Shown piece by piece: positions 40,347-50,054 of a stretch of DNA of 63,606 nucleotides. Within the stretch, counting starts at the first letter, position 1; each line of letters opens with the position of its first letter. Source of the stretch: Candidatus Zixiibacteriota bacterium (GTDB taxonomy: Bacteria > Zixibacteria > MSB-5A5 > GN15 > FEB-12). The stretch lies in assembly GCA_021163775.1 (NCBI GenBank), contig JAGGTI010000030.1:1-63606 (forward strand), read 5' to 3'. Below the pieces are notes generated by a model. The model was not told the origin of the DNA. It saw only the letters and a list, made by a program, of their open reading frames with translations, and made no database searches. Made by a program: the position numbers and the translations under genes.

Positions 40347-41429
40347 TTAGAAAGTAATATGCGTCGAGCGCTTATAGGTCAAACCGGCGTGCTTGAAATC
40401 GTCGACATGTTCCTTCTGGAACTCAATACCGGACATCTTGAAGAACTTCGGCCAACCTATACGCTCGATCCACTCGCCCATTCTCTCATATTTATTGGCG
40501 TTAGCCGCCCAAAGTTCAACGATGTTCTTAATTGCACTCGTCACTTCTGGCCAGCGTGGTGGATTGTTCGGCAGGAATGGGATTGCCAGCTTGGAAAACA
40601 TAGGTTCATGGCGCGCATTGGACACCTTGCCGCCTAACCAGATCGAAATACCATCGTTCAAAGGATCGGCGATAGGCATTGCGGGACAGACCGTAAAACA
40701 GTTGGCACAGAACATACACTGCTCTTCAATAATCTCAACCGACTCAAAACCGTCAACTGTCGCCGGACGAACCGCCGCAGTCGGACATGAAGCACTGACA
40801 TTTGGAATTTCGCACATCTTCTTGACTTTGTCATGCATGATTTTCGGTGGGCGCCGGTGAATACCAAGAATAGCGATATCCGAGCAGTGCACCGCACCGC
40901 ACATATTCAGGCAACAGGCCAGGGCGATACGCAGTTTGCCCGGCAATATCATATTCTCAAAGTACTCAATCAACTCGTCCATTGTAGCCTTGACGACACC
41001 GGACGCATCGGTGGCCGCCGAGTGACAGTGAATCCAGCCCTGAGTGTGAACGATAGCGGAAATTGAGTTGCCAATACCACCAATCGGGTGGCCCATTTCC
41101 TTGAGGTCAGCGATCAGTGGCTCAATGTTCTCCTGCTTGTCCATCAGAAACTCGACATTGTGGCGACTGGTGAATCTCAGATAACCGTCACAATACTTGT
41201 CCGCCAGGTCACAATACATGCGAATCTTCTGGATACTGGTCAGACGACCGGAGGCCGCCCTTACGGTGAACAGTTTAGCACCACTGTGGGAAACATGAAC
41301 CATGACACCCGGCTTGAGAACTTCGTGGTACTTCCACTTACCGTAGTTTTCTTTGATTATGGGCGGCAGAAACTGGTCATGATGTGGCGGCCCGTAATCT
41401 GTCCGTCTTTCGTGTACTGCATCAGCCAT
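40347..41429 (-). CDS. dsrB: Dissimilatory sulfite reductase beta subunit
   Basis: [54 protein letters not shown]. Confidence 0.99.
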   Translation of the reverse strand: MADAVHERRTDYGPPHHDQFLPPIIKENYGKWKYHEVLKPGVMVHVSHSGAKLFTVRAASGRLTSIQKIRMYCDLADKYCDGYLRFTSRHNVEFLMDKQENIEPLIADLKEMGHPIGGIGNSISAIVHTQGWIHCHSAATDASGVVKATMDELIEYFENMILPGKLRIALACCLNMCGAVHCSDIAILGIHRRPPKIMHDKVKKMCEIPNVSASCPTAAVRPATVDGFESVEIIEEQCMFCANCFTVCPAMPIADPLNDGISIWLGGKVSNARHEPMFSKLAIPFLPNNPPRWPEVTSAIKNIVELWAANANKYERMGEWIERIGWPKFFKMSGIEFQKEHVDDFKHAGLTYKRSTHITF

Positions 41430-41468
41430 TTTATATACCTCTAATTAGTATCAATTCCAGGTTTAGGG

Positions 41469-42671
41469 TTAGTCTTCGGAGCCATCATCCTCTTCGAAGT
41501 ATTCTTCGTAGAACACGTACGGGTTCTCACGAGGATGAGCGACCATCTCCGGTATCGGTTCCACCTCAATAGCTTCGAGGAAGTTGCCCAGACCGACGCG
41601 CTGAATGAATTCACCCACACGCTCACGGTTCTTACCTTCTTCACACCAGACATCCCAGATGCGTTCCGTCAGATCCTTGATTTCCTGATATGGCGGTTCC
41701 ATCTTGATGAATGGGATAATCACTGAAGACAACAGAGCACCTTCAACGATCGGAGCCTTGGCACCCAACAGAATCGTAGCACCCCGGTCTTTACCAGGAG
41801 CCAGAGCTTTAGGCATAACATTGATACAGTGCATACAATGACGACAGTAGCTGTTCTCAATCGTCAGTTCTTTACCGTTCCAGTCCATACACTTGGCCGG
41901 ACAGTTGTCAACCACGTCAGCCTTGATATCCATCCCGCCATCGGCATATTCCTTGATCGCATCTTTATCCATCTGGATATCGTCACGCCACATACCAATG
42001 ATAGACATATCAGAACGGGCAATCGAGGCTACACAGTCATTCGGACAGCCGGAAAATTTGAATTTGAACTTATATGGAAACGCCGGGCGATGTAACTCAT
42101 CCTGGTAAGCCATAGTGAAGTCATAGCAGGCGCCCATAGTGTCGTAGCAGGCCCATTCGCAACGCGCCTGACCACAGCAACAACTGGGGGTACGCACATC
42201 GGAACCAGATCCACCAATATCAAAATTGATCTTCTGCAGTTCGTCGAAAGTCGGCTCCAGTTCGTCGGTGGTTGTCCCCAGCAAAATGATATCGCCTGTG
42301 GAACCGTGCATGTTGGTCAGTCCGGAACCATGCTTTTCCCAGATGTCGCAGATTTTCCGCAACGCTTCGGTGGTATAGAACCAGCCAGCTGGTTGGTTGA
42401 TGCGCATGGTGTGAAAGTGCGAAATGTTCGGGTACTCATCCGGCAGGTCATTGTAACGACCAATTACACCACCGCCATAGCCCATCACTCCGACGATACC
42501 ACCATGTTTCCAATGGCCTATCTTTTCTCTGTATGACCGTTCCAGCAAACCCAGTAGGTCTTTACCCATCGGGTTATCCGCCGCAGCCATTTTGATTTCC
42601 GTGACAAAACTCGGCCACTTCCCCTTCTCAAGTTCGTCAAGCATTGGGGTTTTAGGATATGCGTCTGCCAT
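41469..42671 (-). CDS. dsrA: Dissimilatory sulfite reductase alpha subunit
   Basis: [50 protein letters not shown]. Confidence 0.99.
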   Translation of the reverse strand: MADAYPKTPMLDELEKGKWPSFVTEIKMAAADNPMGKDLLGLLERSYREKIGHWKHGGIVGVMGYGGGVIGRYNDLPDEYPNISHFHTMRINQPAGWFYTTEALRKICDIWEKHGSGLTNMHGSTGDIILLGTTTDELEPTFDELQKINFDIGGSGSDVRTPSCCCGQARCEWACYDTMGACYDFTMAYQDELHRPAFPYKFKFKFSGCPNDCVASIARSDMSIIGMWRDDIQMDKDAIKEYADGGMDIKADVVDNCPAKCMDWNGKELTIENSYCRHCMHCINVMPKALAPGKDRGATILLGAKAPIVEGALLSSVIIPFIKMEPPYQEIKDLTERIWDVWCEEGKNRERVGEFIQRVGLGNFLEAIEVEPIPEMVAHPRENPYVFYEEYFEEDDGSED

Positions 42672-42798
42672 CTTTGCTCCTCAACTCGAATTGTATCTTA
42701 AGTTATTGTAATTTCTTTCTTTATCCGACATCTAACCTGCACACCCGGTAGGCCGCTTAGCCATTCAGCCTGCGAACGTCTGCCGAGCAGGTCGGACT

Positions 42799-42890
42799 TC
42801 GTTACATTTTTCACTAACGCATACTCTATTTATTGATTTTTCCCCCATATGTCAAGGCCAATCAAAGCTAAAATGTGAAAAAATTCATTA
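42799..42890 (-). promoter_or_regulatory. dsrA promoter region with two Rex-like boxes
   Basis: TCGTTAC-ATTT-TTCACTA (42799-42816) and ATGTGAA-AAAA-TTCATTA (42873-42890) flank a minus-strand TTGACA (42850-42855); the -10 match is weak. Confidence 0.6.
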
Positions 42891-43098
42891 ACTCCCCGCT
42901 TTTATAGGGAAAGTAAACAAATATGACCCCACATCAACAATCCCCCTAACCAGCTATTACACAACATATTAACGGCTTCCATGAAATGCGTAAACATAAA
43001 AGTCAGGATTCTTGTTGAGGTTAAAAGATATTGAAGTTGCCCATAATCTTATTAATTTAATTTTAACAGCATTTCATACGCCAATAATTGAGTTGTAG

Positions 43099-43170
43099 AA
43101 AAAGCCCCCCTATTAGGGGGGCTTTTGATTTTCCTGCCTGTTACTGGAAGGGCACTACATACCCTTGTAC
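43099..43170. repeat. Direct-repeat copy of the qmoB 3' end plus terminator
   Basis: 65/72 identical to 46031-46102; encodes ...YKGM* on the minus strand and contains the AAAAGCCCCCC/GGGGGGCTTTT hairpin. Confidence 0.92.
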
Positions 43171-43253
43171 AAATTCGAACTTGCGATGCCTGCTATAAGC
43201 AGGATTCCCGACCGACCCAAGGATCAAGAGGCCGGTCGAGATGCGAGAAACCG

Positions 43254-45593
43254 CTATTTCAACAGAATCATCTTCTGCGACTCGGTGTAGTCACCAGCCT
43301 GGATCCGGTACAGATATATACCGCTGGCGAACCCGGCACCATCCCAAGTCACTGAATGCCACCCAGCCTCCATCCGCTCGGCCACAAGAGTCTCTACCAG
43401 TTGGCCGGCAATGTTGTAAATCGACAGTTCCACCTGACAAGCGTTCGGCAAACCGAAAGCTATTTCGGTGGAGGGGTTGAACGGGTTGGGGTAGTTCTGA
43501 AGCAGTTCAAAATCCTCCGGCAGTTGCGACCCAAACAGGAGTTGGTTGACATCGTAGGTAACCCACCATTTGGATACTACCGTGCCGCCTATCGCAACGA
43601 CGTGGTGCTCCAGATCGGTTGACGCTTCCGCCATGTAGAATTCTCCCGGTGAGTCGTATTCGAAGCTTACGGTTGACGTTCTCGTCTCCCAGTGGCCATA
43701 ATTACCAGGGCCGGGAAGGGAGGGTTCATCAGGGGCGCCAGCGGTCTCTTTTGCCACCAAGTTGCTCCCACCTGAACGGGTGTAAGTAATGTTGGCAAAC
43801 GCAGTTCTCTCCTCGGTCGGAGCCTGTTCAAACGACGGATCCGCAACCGTACTCAGAATCACCCATTTGTAGCCCAATGTATCAAAACTCTCTACTGCCA
43901 CACCCTCTATCGGAATGACTTCATACATATAGTGTGGCCCGGAGACTTCAATCTTAACCCTGAAATCGTCCAGCGTGAAATTGTGTTGAGTATAATAAGT
44001 CTGGGTGATATTGCAGTCGCCAGCTTGGACGCAGGGACAGTAGTACTCACCCATCAGGAATTCAATCGGGTCAGGCTGAATCCAAGTAAGGCCCGCACCT
44101 TCAGACAAGTTGACTCCACCAGTGGTATCAACTACCTTGGCGGAAAACTGCGGTTCACCATCCCACGGCGCAACGCAGGTAAAATAAGTGAATCGATTAT
44201 CATATTCGGTTGGCACAGTGAAATTTTCAGACTTGTCCATTCTGAAACTAACCATCGGCTGTGGATCGGAAAAAATCTCCATAAAGCCCGGATCGAAATA
44301 TCTCCGCAAAGACAGTTCTTCCGGATCTACGGGGCCTCCCCCAAAGCTGGACATTCCAAAGTCAATCGCTTCCCATGTTATCCACTTGGCTTCCAAATCC
44401 ATCCCCAGATTGAAATTGGCAATGATTGAGTTCTGATCCAGACCGGCCGGGAAATTATTGGTCAAACTTACCTGAACTTCAGCTTGATCGTCGTAGAGCG
44501 AAAAGTAACCATCCAACAGCTCGGTTGAGTAACTCGCCGCATACGCATCAATGGCAATAGCGCCACCATTGAAGGTGTGATCAAGCGGGTCTAGAAATTC
44601 ACACCAACCGGCACCATCACCCACGTGCATCTCGGGTGGAGTTACGAGGCTGGATATCGTCAGCGGACATTCATCCCCCTGCCAATTTCCCTTAACAGTA
44701 AAGCCAACTCTTATTTCCTCGGTCGGATCATTGAACTGATGGGCATTATTATACTCCACTAACGCGACGCGAATCATGCCCGGGCCAACATTGGATAAGA
44801 CATAATTCAGGTAGAAATGATCACCGACAACCTCGAAGTCACCATAGGCATAACTCAGCTTGGCGGTGTCGTACTCAATATATACGTCCACAAACCCCAA
44901 CCTGAAATTAGACTGTAGCAGAATAGGCACAAAGATATGCTCCCCTAATATACCCTCGTACTCTATGAGTCCATCGGTATCCACCACCCAGAATTCGCCG
45001 TTGTAGGACTCGTTGGTCACCGAGCCGTGATCAATACGATCAAGCGGGGTGTTCACGACGTAGTTGCCCGCCGTAGTCGAGACATGTGTCAACTCCTGCG
45101 CATACAGGATGTTCACGTCATTCACCTGATCGGATGGCTGACACAATAGAGTAAAATCAAACTCCGCCAGAGCAACTACCCCGCCCATTACTGCGAAAGG
45201 GTAGGCGGTAATGATGTCGTAGACGATAGTATCTTCGTTTTCCGGCTCGTCATCCCACACGCGTGCCGGTTGGGCCGTTACTCCCTCCGTACCCCATGCG
45301 TCGGTTGGCCGGGCCTCAATGAAATCCATCTCGCTGGGATCAAACACCAGCCGAATATAGGTGCCGGTCACAACTCCTGTGACACCGGGGTCAAATTCGA
45401 ATTCAAAGTTAAGAGTCGCCAACTCGTTCGCCGGCGTATCGGTACTACCGGCTATGAATATGGTTGATTCGGTCAGGTTGAAATTGACCGCGTCTGGTAT
45501 GCTTTCCACACCGGCTAGCGCCACCCCTCCAGAAAGACCTATGAATGCTAATGTAAGAACAGACAGCAGTAAGAACATTTTGCAGTTAGACAT
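43254..45593 (-). CDS. Secreted acidic beta-rich protein with cohesin-like domains and a FlgD-Ig/T9SS-type C-terminal domain
   Basis: AAGGAG RBS and signal peptide; IFVPILLQSNFRLGFVDVYIEYDTAKLSY is cohesin-like; C-terminus LLQNYPNPFNPSTEI...IYNIAGQLV...SGIYLYRI...KMILLK. Confidence 0.8.
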   Translation of the reverse strand: MSNCKMFLLLSVLTLAFIGLSGGVALAGVESIPDAVNFNLTESTIFIAGSTDTPANELATLNFEFEFDPGVTGVVTGTYIRLVFDPSEMDFIEARPTDAWGTEGVTAQPARVWDDEPENEDTIVYDIITAYPFAVMGGVVALAEFDFTLLCQPSDQVNDVNILYAQELTHVSTTAGNYVVNTPLDRIDHGSVTNESYNGEFWVVDTDGLIEYEGILGEHIFVPILLQSNFRLGFVDVYIEYDTAKLSYAYGDFEVVGDHFYLNYVLSNVGPGMIRVALVEYNNAHQFNDPTEEIRVGFTVKGNWQGDECPLTISSLVTPPEMHVGDGAGWCEFLDPLDHTFNGGAIAIDAYAASYSTELLDGYFSLYDDQAEVQVSLTNNFPAGLDQNSIIANFNLGMDLEAKWITWEAIDFGMSSFGGGPVDPEELSLRRYFDPGFMEIFSDPQPMVSFRMDKSENFTVPTEYDNRFTYFTCVAPWDGEPQFSAKVVDTTGGVNLSEGAGLTWIQPDPIEFLMGEYYCPCVQAGDCNITQTYYTQHNFTLDDFRVKIEVSGPHYMYEVIPIEGVAVESFDTLGYKWVILSTVADPSFEQAPTEERTAFANITYTRSGGSNLVAKETAGAPDEPSLPGPGNYGHWETRTSTVSFEYDSPGEFYMAEASTDLEHHVVAIGGTVVSKWWVTYDVNQLLFGSQLPEDFELLQNYPNPFNPSTEIAFGLPNACQVELSIYNIAGQLVETLVAERMEAGWHSVTWDGAGFASGIYLYRIQAGDYTESQKMILLK

Positions 45594-46028
45594 GTTGATC
45601 TCCTTATCGAGTTACATGATAATTGTTCCGCAGGCATTCCTCGACGCCCGCGGTATATCTCATGATTCAAGTGGAGGTGGCGGTCTGGCCTTGTTATCTA
45701 ATTCCCATCCAAATAACATACATAACCACTAACCAGCAGTTTTGAGGTCACACACAAGTGAATAATGAAGTCGATTGTCCCTGTTGAGGCTTCGCCTGTT
45801 AGAAATCACGCCATCTGCTAAATATGACACAGTCTGAATCTCTCAGATCGGCCAAAAAAAACGGTAACTCTCGGTGTTTCCCTATGAACTGCTCAACAAA
45901 ATCTCTGGTTGCATGATAGCCGCTGGACTGTGTGATGTAAAGTCTTTTTTGTCATGCGGTCTATTCATTCTCAACCAGACCAATTCAGTCTGTGCGAACT
46001 CCACACCCTACCATTCATCGCACACCAC

Positions 46029-46058
46029 AAAAAAAGCCCCCCTATCGGGGGGGCTTTT
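46029..46058 (-). terminator. qmoAB terminator (part of the duplicated 72-bp segment)
   Basis: AAAAGCCCCCC-TATCG-GGGGGGCTTTT. Confidence 0.85.
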
Positions 46059-46086
46059 GATATTCCTGCCTGCTATCCGAAGGGCA

Positions 46087-48372
46087 CTACATACCCTTGT
46101 ACGGGTTCGGGCCCACTGTTTCGATAACTTCCAGAAAGTCATCGAAAATCTTCGGGATCTTCTCACCATCGGTGATCGCGACATCATGCACCTCGACCCG
46201 CTCTTCCTCGAGTACAAGCTGTTTGAGTTTCTCTTGCACGTTGCCCATTCGGTAATCTGCCAATTCCGAGCCACGAACAAAGTGACACTGATAGTCATCA
46301 CCCTTGGCACAACCCAGAAGAATAACCCCATCGAAACCGGACGCCAGCGCATCGCTGATCCAGACAGTGTTAATCGAACCGAGACAGCGCAACGGGATAA
46401 TCCTGATCATTGCATTGTACTGCATCCGTTTACGGGCCGCCTGCTCCAGCGCGGGAAGCGCATCGTTTTCACACACAAAAGCGAGAATACGTGGTTTTTC
46501 CTCGAATTCGTCAGGTACATCAATCGCCTTGATCATTGATGAGACCATATTGATACTATAGTTGGCGAACGAGATAATCCGTTCCGGACAGGCACCCATA
46601 CAAATTCCACACCGCCGGCAACGAAGCGGGTTAAGTTCCGGTGTCCCCTTTTCGTCTTCATCAATAGCCCCGAACGGACATTCCTCGGTGCACCGCTTAC
46701 ACTGGGTACAACGTTGCAGAGCAAATTCGGGAGTACTGGTATCACCAGCCCGAGGGTGAACCGCTTTGCCCTGTGCTATAGCCTCAACTGCCTGAATCGA
46801 CTTGAAAGCGGCACCATAGGCATCATTGACACTCGAAGCGAGATCCATCGGTGCCCGCACAGCTCCAGCGGCATAAATCCCAGTTCGACGGGTTTCATAT
46901 GGAAAACAAATGAAATGTGAGTCAGGAAAACCATACTTGAGGGTGGGCAGGTCAGTACCCTGACGGTAGGTTAGATTGAGGATCATCGCACCTTTTTCGG
47001 CGCTTTCCGCCTCTTTCTTGCCGTCAGCAGTTTCGCCTTCAGCCGGAGCAGACTCGGTCGCATCCTCACCCTCGGCTTCGGCCTCACCATCGGTCTCGGC
47101 CTCGACCTCGGTATTAGTAGGAATCGGATCGTCTACTTGAGTCGATGGCACCATACCGGTAGCCAGCACAACCATATCGGCCTTGATACGGATATCCTCA
47201 CCCAACAAAGTCTCTTCAACATCAACTGCGATCTTGCCGTCGGTATCCTTAGTCACCCCGACAATTTCACCTTTGGTAAAGAAAACCCCTTCATCGTCCT
47301 GAACCGAGGCATAGAACCTCTCGAACTGAGCCGGTGAGCGGAGATCTTTGTATATAACGTATATCTTAGCATCGGGATACTGTTCCCGTACATACTTAAC
47401 CTGCTTCAACGATACCCTACAACAAACGGCCGAACAGTACGGCAAATGATCCTGATCGCGAGAGCCGGCGCACTGAATAAAAGCAATGCTGTCAATCGGT
47501 TTGCCGTCCGATGGCCGTTTAATACCACCGTTTTGGGCCATCTCTTCGATAGTGATATTCGTAACGATGTCCGGTGAACTGCCATAGCCGAGATGAGTCA
47601 GCTTGGTGGCATCGTACGGACGGAATCCAGTAGCCTGAATGATTGAGCCAACGGTCAGCTCAGTAGTGCCCTGGCCGTTTTTCAAAGTCACAGCCAACTG
47701 GCCCGGCTGGCCGGAGGTCCGCTCCACTTCGGTCGACAGATGCACCGTGATGCCCTCGTTGGCCTCAATTTCGCTGATCAGAGTCTCATAGCCGGAGTCT
47801 TCCAAATCTTTATACGGCGGGTGCTTGGGAAACACTTTCTTGAACTTGGTCGCCCAGCCGCCTAAGCGGTCTTCTTTTTCAACTATAATAACTTTGTACC
47901 CGGCGGTAGCCGCGGCCTTAGCCGCCGTCATACCGGTCATTCCACCACCGACTACCAAAATATCTTTGCTGGTTTCCTCAATCAGCGGGGTAGGCGGCGC
48001 GGTAGCTCTGAGCTTGGCTACCCCCATACGGATATAATCCTCCGCCAACATCTGAGTATCTTCATCATTGGCCGGATGACACCAGGCAACCTGCTCACGC
48101 AGTGGCGTGCGATCGACCAGAATATTGGGACCAAAATCAAACAATTCCGGAAAAACACGCTGAGAACAAGCGGCAACTACAACCCGATTGATCCCTTCGT
48201 TCTTGATATCATTCTGGATAAGAGCAACACCCTCGGAGCTACAGAGGATATCATGTTCGCGGCAAATCTCGGCCTTGGCTTCGCCGGTAGCTACCTTGGC
48301 AACTTTTTCACAATCGAACGATTTGCCAAGATTACAGCCCTTGCAGATATATACACCAACTTTGGTTTCCAT
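46087..48372 (-). CDS. qmoB: QmoB (HdrA-like flavoprotein fused to MvhD-like domain)
   Basis: FIQCAGSRD, PYCSAVCC, YGFPDSHFICFPYETRRTGIY, CTQCKRCTEECP, MvhD-like C-terminus ending GPNPYKGM. Confidence 0.97.
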   Translation of the reverse strand: METKVGVYICKGCNLGKSFDCEKVAKVATGEAKAEICREHDILCSSEGVALIQNDIKNEGINRVVVAACSQRVFPELFDFGPNILVDRTPLREQVAWCHPANDEDTQMLAEDYIRMGVAKLRATAPPTPLIEETSKDILVVGGGMTGMTAAKAAATAGYKVIIVEKEDRLGGWATKFKKVFPKHPPYKDLEDSGYETLISEIEANEGITVHLSTEVERTSGQPGQLAVTLKNGQGTTELTVGSIIQATGFRPYDATKLTHLGYGSSPDIVTNITIEEMAQNGGIKRPSDGKPIDSIAFIQCAGSRDQDHLPYCSAVCCRVSLKQVKYVREQYPDAKIYVIYKDLRSPAQFERFYASVQDDEGVFFTKGEIVGVTKDTDGKIAVDVEETLLGEDIRIKADMVVLATGMVPSTQVDDPIPTNTEVEAETDGEAEAEGEDATESAPAEGETADGKKEAESAEKGAMILNLTYRQGTDLPTLKYGFPDSHFICFPYETRRTGIYAAGAVRAPMDLASSVNDAYGAAFKSIQAVEAIAQGKAVHPRAGDTSTPEFALQRCTQCKRCTEECPFGAIDEDEKGTPELNPLRCRRCGICMGACPERIISFANYSINMVSSMIKAIDVPDEFEEKPRILAFVCENDALPALEQAARKRMQYNAMIRIIPLRCLGSINTVWISDALASGFDGVILLGCAKGDDYQCHFVRGSELADYRMGNVQEKLKQLVLEEERVEVHDVAITDGEKIPKIFDDFLEVIETVGPNPYKGM

Positions 48373-48377
48373 GATTC

Positions 48378-49664
48378 TTACCTCCCTCCGCCCTGGTTAA
48401 TCGCTTTCAAGGCCGCCCCGGTAGCATCCTGAACTGTGGTCGCTACATCAGAGGGTTGCATTGTGGTTCCGGCACCGATGACACCTTTGCCGGTATCAGG
48501 CGCAATGAACCCGAATTCATCGAGCTGGGTGTCAAGCGGGGGTGGCGTATCGGCCGTATTCGGCACCATACCGATGGCCAAAACCGCCATATCGACCTCG
48601 GTCTGTGTGATCTGACCGGTGAGGGTGTTCTCGGCTTCGAGAATGACGTTCTTGTTGTCCGGATTCTCCAAAATTTGAGCCACTTTGCCCCGATGGAAGA
48701 AAAACTTCTCGTCTTTCTGAACCTTGATATAGAAATCTTCCATCCGGCCAGGCGAGCGAACATCTATATAGAACAGGTGAATTTCTGCCTCCGGGTAGCG
48801 CTCACGCACATAAGTGGCCTGCTTCATTGAAGCCAGACAACATATCGCCGAACAGTACGGCAGGTGGTTTTCATCGCGTGAACCGGCACACTGTACAAAC
48901 CCGACCTTCTTGACCTCGGCACCATCTGATGGCCGTACAATTTCGCCACCAGTAGGTCCGGATTCGGAAGCGTACCGTTCCATCATAACATTCGTGATAA
49001 CGTTCGGATACTGGCCAAAACCGAGAGTGTCAAGCTTGGTAGCATCATACGGTCTCCAGCCAGTTGCCCAAACAATCGCACCAGTCTTGACCGTAATTGT
49101 GCGCTCTTTTTGATTGAGGTCGATCGCGTCGTATTCACACGCTTCGACGCATTTCTTCATCCGTGCATCACCCGCAAACTGCGGATCAACCACATAACGA
49201 GGCGGATAAGCCAATTGGTGCGGCAGGTAGATCGCCTTGGTCTTGCCTATACCGTAGTTGAAGTCGTCGTCGCGCTCTATTTCACAGACCTTCTCGCATT
49301 CACCGCACGCGGTGCATTTCTCTGTCACAAAGCGTGGTGAAAGCTTGATCTTGACTTCGAAATCACCCGGGCCACCGGAAACCGAAACGACTTCCGCCAA
49401 AGTAAGAACGCGAACAAATGGGTTTATGCGCATCCGCTTGAGATTGATCTCCATACCACAGGAGGGTGGACATAATTTGGGGAAATACTGGTTCATCGCG
49501 GCGACCCGCCCACCAAGCGAGGGCAGTTTTTCCACGAGAACCACCTGCTTGCCGACTTCGGCGGATTCAATCGCGGTAGTCATACCCGCAATCCCGCCGC
49601 CAACGACCAGCGTATCCGCCTTGATCGGTTCGTCGGTGCCTGCAACTGGTTCAAATTGGGCCAT
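48378..49664 (-). CDS. qmoA: QmoA (HdrA-like flavoprotein)
   Basis: VGGGIAG, YFPKLCPPSCG, FVQCAGSRDENHLPYCSAICC, VQDATGAALKAI. Confidence 0.97.
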   Translation of the reverse strand: MAQFEPVAGTDEPIKADTLVVGGGIAGMTTAIESAEVGKQVVLVEKLPSLGGRVAAMNQYFPKLCPPSCGMEINLKRMRINPFVRVLTLAEVVSVSGGPGDFEVKIKLSPRFVTEKCTACGECEKVCEIERDDDFNYGIGKTKAIYLPHQLAYPPRYVVDPQFAGDARMKKCVEACEYDAIDLNQKERTITVKTGAIVWATGWRPYDATKLDTLGFGQYPNVITNVMMERYASESGPTGGEIVRPSDGAEVKKVGFVQCAGSRDENHLPYCSAICCLASMKQATYVRERYPEAEIHLFYIDVRSPGRMEDFYIKVQKDEKFFFHRGKVAQILENPDNKNVILEAENTLTGQITQTEVDMAVLAIGMVPNTADTPPPLDTQLDEFGFIAPDTGKGVIGAGTTMQPSDVATTVQDATGAALKAINQGGGR

Positions 49665-49729
49665 CTGGGGACTCCCTATGTCGAAATATCACTATATTTG
49701 TCAAATAGCTACTTTTCCAATTAGCATCG

Positions 49730-49782
49730 ATAATACCCCCCAAGATGACTTCTGTCAAGAATCTTTGTTATTTTTTTCACAA
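49730..49782 (-). promoter_or_regulatory. qmoAB promoter with upstream Rex-like box
   Basis: TTGACA (49758-49753)-17 bp-TATTAT (49735-49730); box TTGTTAT-TTTT-TTCACAA at 49765-49782, 6 bp upstream of the -35. Confidence 0.75.
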
Positions 49783-50054
49783 AATGTCGCCCCAAAGCCC
49801 TAAGGATTCTGCGGTAACTGGTTCGCTTTCAGAAAGAAGGCCGTATCTATCTTGATCCTGACCCAACCCCGGTACCACCCTTCACCAGCCGACTTCATCA
49901 GCAGGTTTTTACCCTCCAGCGTCTGTAAGCGTACACTATAGAGCCTTTCGAGTATCTCAGATAACTGCAATCTGCGCAATAATTCTGAATCGTGAAGCTG
50001 TCATTCTTTGACATCCCGGTATCCTCCAACGATATTGTGAACGAGGTTCATTTA

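Noticed and set aside
36361-42671. Reverse (oxidative) Dsr pathway suggested by dsrL
   Set aside because: dsrD and dsrT are present, no dsrEFH is in the window, and DsrA looks reductive-type. A phylogeny is still needed to be definitive.
46087-49664. Methanogen-type heterodisulfide reductase, or selenocysteine recoding in the MvhD domain
   Set aside because: The motifs are Qmo-specific, no hdrBC is present, and both ORFs are uninterrupted with Cys codons.
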